From an uncultured Candidatus Saccharibacteria bacterium (GTDB taxonomy: Bacteria; Patescibacteriota; Minisyncoccia; Phycocordibacterales; GWA1-40-21), in the NCBI GenBank assembly GCA_964613715.1, contig CAZTJK010000003.1, positions 7,322-71,321 on the forward strand: a DNA stretch of 64,000 bases. The letters run 5' to 3'. Shown here in pieces: positions 19,163-26,966 of this stretch (its first letter is position 1; the number at the start of each line of letters is the position of its first letter). The notes beneath the pieces are model-generated. The model was given only the letters and a program-made list of their open reading frames with translations, did not search any database and was not told the DNA's origin. Both the position numbers and the translations under genes were made by a program.

Positions 19163-19789
19163 TTATGCCAACGGATGATGCCAATGCCTGGTCACATGAT
19201 CTGCAAAAATATATGCGATGCATCCGACGAGTATCCCGCCAATGACATCCGAAGCGAAATGTACCGACAGATACATGCGGCTTGCTGCGATCAGTGAAAA
19301 GAGTAGTACGCTGAAAATCGCCGTTATAATCTTCATGCTTTTATTTTTTATGAGCGGCAGAAACAACAGCAGTGCGGAGAAAAGGAAAATCGTGGCGATC
19401 GTCGCATGGGCGCTCGGAAAGCTGTAGCCGCTTTCGGCAAGCAAGGTGCTTGCCGGTCGCACCCGCGCGATCGTTATTTTCAGAAATTCCGACATCGAAA
19501 TGCCGATGCCGGCCGCGATCGTGAATACGTACCAGTCATGCTTCTTTTTATGGGCGGCCAGGATTAGGCTGCCAATCAGAAAGATGAATGCCGCTTGCGC
19601 CGGGTCGCCAAGTGTCGTGAGTGTAAGCATAATGCGATCAAGAAGGGGAGTATGGGTGGCTGCCATGCTGGCTGCGATGTGTGCGTCGAATGCGGCAAGC
19701 CACGCGACATGGGCTGATACAAGAAAAAGGAGCGTGATGAATGCAAGTGTAAGGAATGTAAGCAATGAATATATTCCGTTTTGGCGCAT
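19163..19789 (-). CDS. PAP2-family phosphatase (undecaprenyl-diphosphatase-like)
   Basis: Motifs KITIARVRP, FPSAH and SRMYLSVHFASD in a 6-TM protein. The extended -10 TGcTACAAT sits 6 nt upstream of the ATG. Confidence 0.8.
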   Translation of the reverse strand: MRQNGIYSLLTFLTLAFITLLFLVSAHVAWLAAFDAHIAASMAATHTPLLDRIMLTLTTLGDPAQAAFIFLIGSLILAAHKKKHDWYVFTIAAGIGISMSEFLKITIARVRPASTLLAESGYSFPSAHATIATIFLFSALLLFLPLIKNKSMKIITAIFSVLLFSLIAASRMYLSVHFASDVIGGILVGCIAYIFADHVTRHWHHPLA

Positions 19790-19800
19790 GGACAGATTGT

Positions 19801-19845
19801 AGCAAAAAGAAAGGGCCGCAGCGAAGTTTGTGCTTCGTGCGGCCC
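19801..19845 (-). terminator. rho-independent terminator (minus strand)
   Basis: gggccgcagcgaagtttgtgcttcgtgcggccc, followed on the minus strand by tttctttttgct. Confidence 0.55.
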
Positions 19846-19907
19846 TGCGGCGTGTGTGCCCTGCAATCCCTCCCTGAAGGAGATTGCGAGCGTGAGCGCC
19901 AGGACTG

Positions 19908-20147
19908 TCAGTGGGCTACCCGTCGTGCCGGATGAATATCATGCATTCGCATGAACCGTTCGACTTCTTCCGGGGTGCCGGAAAAGATCAAGCGGCCGTT
20001 TGCATACAGATATTCGCGCGGCGGCACGTAGTAGCGGTAGGAAGAAGCGTCCGAGTTCCATTCCCATTGGTATCCCATATGGGCGACGCAACCGGATATG
20101 CTTGTTCCGAGCAGTATGAAAAGAAAAAAGAACGCATATTTTTGCAT
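19908..20147 (-). CDS. small putative lipoprotein
   Basis: The signal peptide plus lipobox MQKYAFFFLFILLGTSISGC points to a lipoprotein. The internal ATG was chosen as the start. Confidence 0.4.
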   Translation of the reverse strand: MQKYAFFFLFILLGTSISGCVAHMGYQWEWNSDASSYRYYVPPREYLYANGRLIFSGTPEEVERFMRMHDIHPARRVAH

Positions 20148-20235
20148 CACGCACCTCCCATCTCTTTTTACAGAGTACCGCATTTATAATATTTGTCAAT
20201 ACAGGTTCTCAGGGCCATTTTGCTATACTTTTTGC

Positions 20236-20868
20236 ATGAAAAACAACACACAAAATACTGATCTCGAGAATTGCTGCGATTGCGGCTCATGCGGCGATCT
20301 GGAAATGGTTGAAGTCGGCCAGAAAGTGCCGGCATTTGAGGCGAAAGCGCTTCATGGCGGCAAAGAAAAGAATATCAAGCTTGCCGATTACAAAGGGAAG
20401 TGGGTGATTGTCTTTTTCTATCCGAAGGATTTCACGTTCATCTGCCCGACCGAGCTTGAGGAAATGGCCGACTACTATGATAAGTTCAAGAAATTGAATA
20501 CCGAAGTGCTGTCAGTCTCCGTCGATACGGTGGAAGTGCACAAGGCATGGCAGGATGTATCAAAAGCGATCAAGAAAGTGAAATTCCCGATGCTCTCGGA
20601 CGCGACGCATGAGCTTTCTGAAATGTTCGGCACGTATATTCCGGAAGAAGGAGTGTCGCTCCGTGGCACATTTGTGATTGATTCGGACGGTGTACTCAAG
20701 TCGATGGAAGTGAATGATAATTCGATCGGCCGCTCCGCGAAGGAGCTCTACCGTAAGCTCCAGGCGGCGCAATTCGTCGCGACGCATGGCGGCAAAGTCT
20801 GCCCGGCATCATGGGAGCCGGGGGATGATACGCTTGAGCCCGGGCTTGATCTTGTGGGAAAGATATAA
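20236..20868 (+). CDS. 2-Cys peroxiredoxin (AhpC/TSA family) with a Cys-rich N-terminal extension
   Basis: It carries the peroxidatic FTFICPTE and the resolving GKVCPASW. The N-terminal sequence is MKNNTQNTDLENCCDCGSCGD. A -10 TATACT lies 4 nt upstream of the ATG. Confidence 0.85.
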   Translation: MKNNTQNTDLENCCDCGSCGDLEMVEVGQKVPAFEAKALHGGKEKNIKLADYKGKWVIVFFYPKDFTFICPTELEEMADYYDKFKKLNTEVLSVSVDTVEVHKAWQDVSKAIKKVKFPMLSDATHELSEMFGTYIPEEGVSLRGTFVIDSDGVLKSMEVNDNSIGRSAKELYRKLQAAQFVATHGGKVCPASWEPGDDTLEPGLDLVGKI

Positions 20869-20871
20869 AAA

Positions 20872-20904
20872 GAAAAACCGCTCTCATGTGAGAGCGGTTT
20901 ATTG
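20872..20904. terminator. bidirectional terminator
   Basis: aaaccgctctcatgtgagagcggttt sits between convergent genes. Confidence 0.6.
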
Positions 20905-21198
20905 TTCAGGCTCGAATTCGCTTGCCCAGTAGGTCGAGATCTGGCGGTCATCGAGATGCTCGACGAACCACAAGGTATCGCCGTCATGCGTCGGCACTTT
21001 GTAGAGCACTTTCGCGAGCATGTTGCTTTGCCGGTTTTTCAGGCGATCGGGCGAGACAAGATGGATCGGCTTTTCTTTGAGGGTGCCTGTGCGGATGCGC
21101 AGGCCTTTTGTAACGAGACTGCTGTCCATGATCGGCTCCTTTCGGGAAAAGATTCTGCCGCCATCATAGCATAGCTGCTTTTTTCCGAAAGGGGACAT
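20899..21198 (-). CDS. hypothetical protein
   Basis: 99 aa from the ATG at 21198. An alternative start at 21129 gives 76 aa. No recognisable domain. Confidence 0.35.
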   Translation of the reverse strand: MSPFGKKQLCYDGGRIFSRKEPIMDSSLVTKGLRIRTGTLKEKPIHLVSPDRLKNRQSNMLAKVLYKVPTHDGDTLWFVEHLDDRQISTYWASEFEPEQ

Positions 21199-21213
21199 GG
21201 TATACTCTTTCGT

Positions 21214-21564
21214 ATGATCGAATTTTTCAAAAATACGCTGCCAGGCGGCCTCGTCGCTCTCCTTTATTTCCTCCTGTTCTTTTTCATCGTGCCACTCGAT
21301 GTGAAATGCACGTATCATTCGCCCACCAATTACTGCGCGCAGCTCATTGAAAAAGATACATTGCCAGCATTTTTGCCGCCCACGCTCTTGCCGATCGACC
21401 TGACATTCTTTTCCCCGGTGTATCAGACACTGACATTTTTGACGCTTCACTTCACGCCGATTGATCCGAATGACACGGCACTCATCATTCTCTTGGATGG
21501 GGCAATCTTTTACTTGGGCGGCAGTATCGTGTGGGGATTGTTGCGGAAAATAGTAGGGCGATAA
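21214..21564 (+). CDS. hypothetical membrane protein
   Basis: 116 aa. The extended -10 TGgTATACT lies 7 nt upstream of the ATG. Confidence 0.4.
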   Translation: MIEFFKNTLPGGLVALLYFLLFFFIVPLDVKCTYHSPTNYCAQLIEKDTLPAFLPPTLLPIDLTFFSPVYQTLTFLTLHFTPIDPNDTALIILLDGAIFYLGGSIVWGLLRKIVGR

Positions 21565-21572
21565 GGTAGTGA

Positions 21573-21610
21573 AAAAAGGCGGGTCGCGCGAAGCGCGACC
21601 CGCCTTTTTG
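21573..21610. terminator. rho-independent terminator
   Basis: aaaaaggcgggtcgcgcgaagcgcgacccgccttttt. Confidence 0.6.
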
Positions 21611-21614
21611 TATG

Positions 21615-21637
21615 TTGTGGAGATGGCGAGAATCGGT
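21615..21637. repeat. partial direct copy of the tmRNA 3' end (acceptor/T-arm)
   Basis: ttgtggagatggcgagaatcgg resembles ttgtggagatgggcggaatcga at 21814-21836. Twelve nt match exactly and about 20 of 23 match overall. The copies are 199 bp apart. Confidence 0.5.
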
Positions 21638-21816
21638 CACGAATAAATTTCCTGACAGAAATTTTTCGCGACCCCGGCTCGCTATTTTTGCCTTTGCTTC
21701 GTAAAACAAAAATAAAGCTGCGCCCGTTCGATTCCGACGCACGCAAAGCAGTTTGCGTGCTCCTGAATCTTACTTATAAAAATAGCCCGACACGAAGTCG
21801 GGCTATTTTTATATTG

Positions 21817-22219
21817 TGGAGATGGGCGGAATCGAACCGCCGTGCAAATGATTGTTACCGATGATTCTACAAAGTCTAGTCGAATTTTTTCGCCGAAGCG
21901 AATTTAAGTGGAAAGGCTATAAGACGACAAAATACCTTCCTGCCGATTCTCTACAGTTCATATCGCGTCGAGAATCCGCGACATATACTCTGAATTATAT
22001 TCCACCCCGGTCCGAGTAATCAGATGTGCTCGGGCGGGACGTCGCTTAGGCTATTGCGTAAGCGAAGGACGCGTTCGAAACTCCGAAATACGGAGAGACG
22101 AGAGACGCGACCTTGCGAGAAATGCTGTTTGCATTTGTCATCCTGACGGTTAAGGAGTGTACAGGGTGCTCCACTTTGCTCATGCGGGAACGGATCAGTT
22201 GTCTAGGCCGATCATCCCC
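21817..22219 (-). ncRNA. ssrA: tmRNA (SsrA)
   Basis: The 5' end GGGGATGATCGGCCTAGAC pairs with the 3' end ...GGTTCGATTCCGCCCATCTCCA (tRNA-like T-arm and acceptor). An internal tag ORF reads ...ANSISRKVASLVSPYFGVSNASFAYAIA* (stop at 22046). smpB sits immediately upstream and a terminator immediately downstream. Confidence 0.85.
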
Positions 22220-22224
22220 ATGTC

Positions 22225-22671
22225 TCATTCGTTTTTCAATGTCCTCCGGATCTCGCGGTCCGATTCGCGCTTCCTGATGCTTTCGCGCTTGTCAGATTTC
22301 TTCTTGCCGCGGCCGATGCCAAGCTGTACTTTCAGCTTGTGTTTATTATTATACACTGAAAGTACGACTATCGTCAAGCCTTTCTGATTTTCCACTTTCG
22401 CGAGCCGCTCGATTTCCTTTTTTGTCAGAAGCAGGCGGCGGTTCCTGCGTTCGTCATAATCCTTTGGCGCATTTTTCGGCTGGAGCGGTGTCACAGCAGC
22501 GCCGATGAGGTATGCCTCACCTCCTCGGATCGTCGCGTATGCCCCATCAAGCGTCATGCGTCCCGCGCGAATCGCTTTCACTTCGATACCAAGCAGCTCA
22601 ATACCCGCCTCTATTTTCTCGAGGATTTCGTAGTTGAAATATGCTTTTCTATTTTCAGCGAATGCAGCCAT
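22225..22671 (-). CDS. smpB: SsrA-binding protein SmpB
   Basis: KAYFNYEILEKIEAGIELLGIEVKAIR...LLLTKKEIERL matches SmpB. The start at 22671 is preferred. Confidence 0.93.
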   Translation of the reverse strand: MAAFAENRKAYFNYEILEKIEAGIELLGIEVKAIRAGRMTLDGAYATIRGGEAYLIGAAVTPLQPKNAPKDYDERRNRRLLLTKKEIERLAKVENQKGLTIVVLSVYNNKHKLKVQLGIGRGKKKSDKRESIRKRESDREIRRTLKNE

Positions 22672-22765
22672 GCGGCAATGGTAGCAAAAGGGGAGAGAGT
22701 TGGGAAATAAAAAACGCCACACGATTTTCTCGTATGGCGTCTGTATGCGAGCATCAGCTTTCTGC

Positions 22766-23188
22766 TCAGGGAGTGTTCGCCTTCGCTTTTTCTGTGCTCA
22801 CCAGCTTGCTCTTTTCGATGAACGTAAACCACATATATGCTCGTCCTACATAACTCGGATCAATAACCCGGACTGCTTGCAGGATGACATATTTACCGGC
22901 ATCATTTCCAATCATCCGATTGAAAACTTCTTGCAAGGTCATTCCCTCAACTATCCTGCTGGATAAGTTCTCTGAGACGTCTTGTCGTACAGCGAGCGGA
23001 TCACTCACTTGTTCCATGGTGGCCGCTGGCGCCATATAAATGACGTCAGCCGAACTTGCTCCTTTACTGCTTTGTCCGCTGCTGCCGATCAGATAACCAA
23101 ACATGAAACTGCCTGTACCGGCATGGCTTGCGCCCGCGTTCATGAGGCAAAAAATCCCTACAACCAGTGCGGCGATATATGTACGCAT
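22766..23188 (-). CDS. hypothetical secreted protein
   Basis: Signal peptide MRTYIAALVVGIFCLMNAGASHA. 140 aa. Confidence 0.45.
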   Translation of the reverse strand: MRTYIAALVVGIFCLMNAGASHAGTGSFMFGYLIGSSGQSSKGASSADVIYMAPAATMEQVSDPLAVRQDVSENLSSRIVEGMTLQEVFNRMIGNDAGKYVILQAVRVIDPSYVGRAYMWFTFIEKSKLVSTEKAKANTP

Positions 23189-23335
23189 AGTACGCTCCTT
23201 TGTAATGAACTAGAATTGCAGGGTTTCATACCCCTGCCTGTTTTATATTTAAGCATTATTTATAATTATTGTCAATAGTTACGTATAGTTTGTCATTGTA
23301 AACATCATATTTTTCATGCTATTATTCGTTTCTCT

Positions 23336-25294
23336 ATGGATAATCCGAAGAACAAAAAGCAGGGGAAAAAGCAACCGGGCAAGGGCGCATCGCGCTTTTT
23401 CGGCGGGGGAAACGGCCCGATGTCGTATTTCACGAAGATCGGCAATGCGATCGTCATCCTCTTTGTCATTTCACTGCTCTATTCATTTCTTTTTGGCAGC
23501 TCGACTGCTGAACAGCAGATTCCGATCTCGCAGCTTGCAAGCGATATCAATGCTGGGCTCGTGCAAAAGATTGACGTGAAGTCTGACGACCTAACGATCA
23601 CCTATGCCACAACATCGGCAAATGCAGCTGCAGCAGTGAAGACTTCAAAAAAGGAAGAAGGCGTTGCGCTGACCGAGACGCTTGCGAACTACAAAGTCGC
23701 GCCGGAAAAGCTTGCAGTCGTGAATATCACGATCGAGAGCGATACCGGCTTTGGCTATTGGTTCCTCAATCTCGCGCCATTCGTTATTCCGCTCATTATT
23801 ATCGGTATTTTCATTTGGATGCTCATGCGACAGATGAAGGGGACGGGCATGCAGGCATTGTCATTTGGTCAATCGAAAGCGCGCATCATATTGCCAAGCG
23901 ACAAGAAGCAGCGCGTGACATTCGCGGATGTCGCTGGTGCAAAAGAGGCGAAAGAAGAGCTTGCTGAAGTTGTTGATTTCTTGAAGAATCCGAAGAAATT
24001 CCTCGATATCGGCGCTAAAATCCCGAAAGGCATACTCCTCATGGGCGCGCCAGGCACCGGCAAGACGCTCCTTGCGCGCGCAGTCGCAGGCGAGGCGGGC
24101 GTGGCATTCTTCTCGATTTCCGGCTCCGAATTCGTCGAGATGTTCGTGGGCGTCGGCGCTTCGCGTGTGCGCGACCTTTTCAAAATGGCGAAAGCTGCAG
24201 CACCAGCGATCATTTTTGTCGATGAGATAGACGCGGTCGGCCGTATTCGCGGCGGCGGCGTGGGCGGGGGAAATGATGAGCGCGAGCAGACACTCAACCA
24301 AATACTCGTTGAGATGGATGGCTTCGAGCAGAATGAGAAAGTGATCGTCATGGCGGCGACGAACCGCCCGGACGTGCTCGACAGCGCGCTTTTGCGCCCT
24401 GGTCGCTTCGATCGCCGTGTGGTGATCGACTTGCCGGATCGCAATGACCGCGAAGCGATACTCAAAGTACATTCGAAGGAAAAGCCATTTGCGGAAGATG
24501 TGAATCTCCGCACGGTTGCCGAGCGCACGCCGGGCTTCTCGGGTGCCGATCTCTACTCCCTTATGAATGAAGGCGCCATTCTCGCTGCGCGCGAAGGCCG
24601 TCAGAAGATTTCCCAATACGATCTCATCCGTTCCATCGAAAAGGTCATGATGGGCCCGGAGCGCAAGAGTCATATTCTCTCGAAGAAAGAAAAAGAAATC
24701 ACCGCGTACCATGAAGCAGGACATGCGCTCGTCTCATCCGTCTTGCCGTATGCCGATCCCGTGCACAAGGTCTCGATTATCGCGCGCGGCCGTGCAGGTG
24801 GCTATACACTCCACTTGCCGTTTGAGGACAAGCGCTTGCAATCGAAAAAGGAATTCATGGATGATATCGCGGTGTCCCTTGGTGGCTATGTGACAGAAAA
24901 GATGATGTTTGGCGATCTCACGACCGGCCCGTCGAATGACTTGCAGGTCGCGACCGCACTTGCACGTGATATGGTCACGAAATACGGCATGTCCGATGCA
25001 TTCGGCCCGGTAGCACTCGAGGGCGAAGGCGGCCGCACAATGTTCGGCAAAGGCGTCGGCGACAAGGAATATTCCGACAAGGTGAATGCCGAGATCGATC
25101 AGGAAGTGACGAATATTATGAATATGAATATGAAGCGTGCCGAGAAAATAGTTACGGATAATAAGAAGGCGCTTGATGCGATTGCGAAGAAACTCATTGA
25201 AACGGAAACGATCGAGCGGGAAGATTTCGAGAAGATTCTTGTGGCAAACGGGATCATGCCAAAGAAAAAGGAAGATATCGAACATCAGGCCTAG
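23336..25294 (+). CDS. ftsH: ATP-dependent zinc metalloprotease FtsH
   Basis: AAA+ Walker [24 protein letters not shown] zinc site, N-terminal TM. Confidence 0.95.
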   Translation: MDNPKNKKQGKKQPGKGASRFFGGGNGPMSYFTKIGNAIVILFVISLLYSFLFGSSTAEQQIPISQLASDINAGLVQKIDVKSDDLTITYATTSANAAAAVKTSKKEEGVALTETLANYKVAPEKLAVVNITIESDTGFGYWFLNLAPFVIPLIIIGIFIWMLMRQMKGTGMQALSFGQSKARIILPSDKKQRVTFADVAGAKEAKEELAEVVDFLKNPKKFLDIGAKIPKGILLMGAPGTGKTLLARAVAGEAGVAFFSISGSEFVEMFVGVGASRVRDLFKMAKAAAPAIIFVDEIDAVGRIRGGGVGGGNDEREQTLNQILVEMDGFEQNEKVIVMAATNRPDVLDSALLRPGRFDRRVVIDLPDRNDREAILKVHSKEKPFAEDVNLRTVAERTPGFSGADLYSLMNEGAILAAREGRQKISQYDLIRSIEKVMMGPERKSHILSKKEKEITAYHEAGHALVSSVLPYADPVHKVSIIARGRAGGYTLHLPFEDKRLQSKKEFMDDIAVSLGGYVTEKMMFGDLTTGPSNDLQVATALARDMVTKYGMSDAFGPVALEGEGGRTMFGKGVGDKEYSDKVNAEIDQEVTNIMNMNMKRAEKIVTDNKKALDAIAKKLIETETIEREDFEKILVANGIMPKKKEDIEHQA

Positions 25295-25310
25295 GTTATT
25301 GTATTTTGCT

Positions 25311-25360
25311 CGTACCCAAAAGAAAAATGCGGAGCAGTCCGCATTTTTCTTTTGGGTACG
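25311..25360. repeat. long perfect palindrome (22-23-bp arms, 5-nt loop) acting as a bidirectional terminator. Its right arm includes the 3' end of tRNA-Ile.
   Basis: cgtacccaaaagaaaaatgcgga-gcagt-ccgcatttttcttttgggtacg. Confidence 0.6.
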
Positions 25361-25430
25361 CCCGCCTGGATTCGAACCAGGGACCACGAAGGTATAAGCT
25401 TCGCGCTCTAACCAGCTGAGCTACGGGCGT
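25357..25430 (-). tRNA. tRNA-Ile (anticodon UAU)
   Basis: Manual fold: acceptor acgcccg/cgggcgt, D-arm gctc-agctggtta-gagc, anticodon arm cgaag-cTTATAc-cttcg, T-arm cctgg-ttcgaat-ccagg. 74 nt. The 1-72 pair is A-U and CCA is not cleanly encoded. Confidence 0.75.
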
Positions 25431-25549
25431 ATGCGCCTATGCTATAGCAAAACGAGCTTCGCGGCAATTCATTTTCTTGCTGCAAGCGGGCCCGCATGCT
25501 AGGCTCAAAAAAGAAGCAGTCACAATCCTGAAAAAGAAAGGAGCCGGGC

Positions 25550-25825
25550 ATGGCCCTACCAGCAGATCATCTGATGGGAAACAAGCTTGCCGGGGCGCCT
25601 CCGCTCAGTCAGGCAGATCAGTCGAAACGCTACGGCGTCGTCTGGTACGTAAAAGAAACGGGTCTATGGTATTCGCCGTCGCATTTGGCCGATTTCAAGA
25701 CACAACGGGCGCGCGTATTGCGTTTCAAGAGAGAGAATGAGCAGGATAAGAAGAAAAACCTGAAGCTCCTCGATCAGACATTTGGGCTTGAGGACGAAGA
25801 TGGCACTGTCTATGCGCTGGATTGA
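25550..25825 (+). CDS. hypothetical protein
   Basis: 91 aa. RBS gaaaggag 6 nt upstream. Confidence 0.45.
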   Translation: MALPADHLMGNKLAGAPPLSQADQSKRYGVVWYVKETGLWYSPSHLADFKTQRARVLRFKRENEQDKKKNLKLLDQTFGLEDEDGTVYALD

Positions 25826-25906
25826 AAAGCGTGGAATCATACAAATGATTTCACGCTTTTTTCATGACGCTGCCATCCTGTCTCGCCACCATGCTATACT
25901 AGGGGC

Positions 25907-26158
25907 ATGGAACAAAAATTATGGTTCAAGGCAAAGCGCTACGGCTGGGGCTGGTATCCGGTATCCTGGGAAGGGTGGGTCATCATGCTTGCCTATATCG
26001 CCGCCCTCGTGAAAATATTCATCGTCATCGACCTGCGCTCGCATTCGGTGAGCGACCTGCTGATCGCTTTCGCGCCGAGCTTCATTATTATTACGGGCCT
26101 GTTTCTCACTATTTGCTACAAGAAAGGGGAGAAGCCAGCCTGGCATTGGGGGAAATAA
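25907..26158 (+). CDS. hypothetical small membrane protein
   Basis: 83 aa, Trp-rich N-terminus, 2 TM. Confidence 0.4.
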   Translation: MEQKLWFKAKRYGWGWYPVSWEGWVIMLAYIAALVKIFIVIDLRSHSVSDLLIAFAPSFIIITGLFLTICYKKGEKPAWHWGK

Positions 26159-26224
26159 GGCATACTTGACACTTATATAATATATAGGTAAAATAATATC
26201 GTTCATACCATAATAAAAACTACT

Positions 26225-26518
26225 ATGAAAGAAGGAGCATTGCTTGATCCGACTGATCGCCATGAAGAAGCAGCGAAGAAGCACGCAGAACGCATGGAGT
26301 ATCTCAAAACCCTTTCCGATGAGGAGCTGCACAAGGAGTTGCGCGGCCGTCCTCTCCTGCCGGCAACGCAGGAAGATATGGATGAAATTCTGAAGGATTT
26401 CATGGAAATCGACCGTGCTGAGCGCGAGCGCGCGTATCAGAAAGAACAGAAGCTTGCGGAGGAACAAGCACAGAAGCAGGCGGGCGAGAAAAAGCATGCA
26501 GATAAGAAAGTTGCTTAA
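26225..26518 (+). CDS. hypothetical charged protein
   Basis: 97 aa, Glu/Lys-rich. Confidence 0.4.
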   Translation: MKEGALLDPTDRHEEAAKKHAERMEYLKTLSDEELHKELRGRPLLPATQEDMDEILKDFMEIDRAERERAYQKEQKLAEEQAQKQAGEKKHADKKVA

Positions 26519-26527
26519 TCCATTGGT

Positions 26528-26926
26528 ATGAGTGAAACGCCGGACAGGCTGACATTTGCAGATTTCGAAGACGTGCCGAGCCCGGAAGAGCTTGAAAAGC
26601 TCAAGCAGCTCGAGAAAATGCTCGGCCAGCTGACGCGCGAGCAGCTCATCGAGAAGGCCAGGCTCTACGAAGACAATTTCAATGCCTCGATCGAAACGCT
26701 TGTAGATGCGAGTGCGTATACTCCCGAAGCGAAATCAGCGTACGAGCTGCGCAAAGCAGCACTCAAAGAGCTTGCCGAGCGTATTGATAGCGACAATAAA
26801 TTCCTGACAGCCCTCGAACATAAGGCTGTTGTGCTCGCGCATGAACACAAGCTTGATTGGCCGGAGCATTATGAGACGCAGAAGGGGAAGCATCTTGCGC
26901 AGTGGATCGCCGAGGGAAAGATATAA
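26528..26926 (+). CDS. hypothetical protein
   Basis: 132 aa, acidic. Confidence 0.45.
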   Translation: MSETPDRLTFADFEDVPSPEELEKLKQLEKMLGQLTREQLIEKARLYEDNFNASIETLVDASAYTPEAKSAYELRKAALKELAERIDSDNKFLTALEHKAVVLAHEHKLDWPEHYETQKGKHLAQWIAEGKI

Positions 26927-26932
26927 AAATAA

Positions 26933-26966
26933 AAAAGCCGGCGCGCGTTGCGTGCCGGCTTTTTGC
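26933..26966. terminator. bidirectional terminator
   Basis: aaagccggcgcgcgttgcgtgccggcttttt. Confidence 0.55.

Noticed and set aside
21721-21745. A GTTCGATTCC T-loop-like motif downstream of ssrA that might be a second tRNA or a tRNA fragment
   Set aside because: The flanks cannot form a T-stem (gcgccc...cgacgc do not pair) and there is no acceptor or anticodon arm. It is probably a chance or degraded remnant. I mention it only as possible additional scar material in the ssrA 3' flank.
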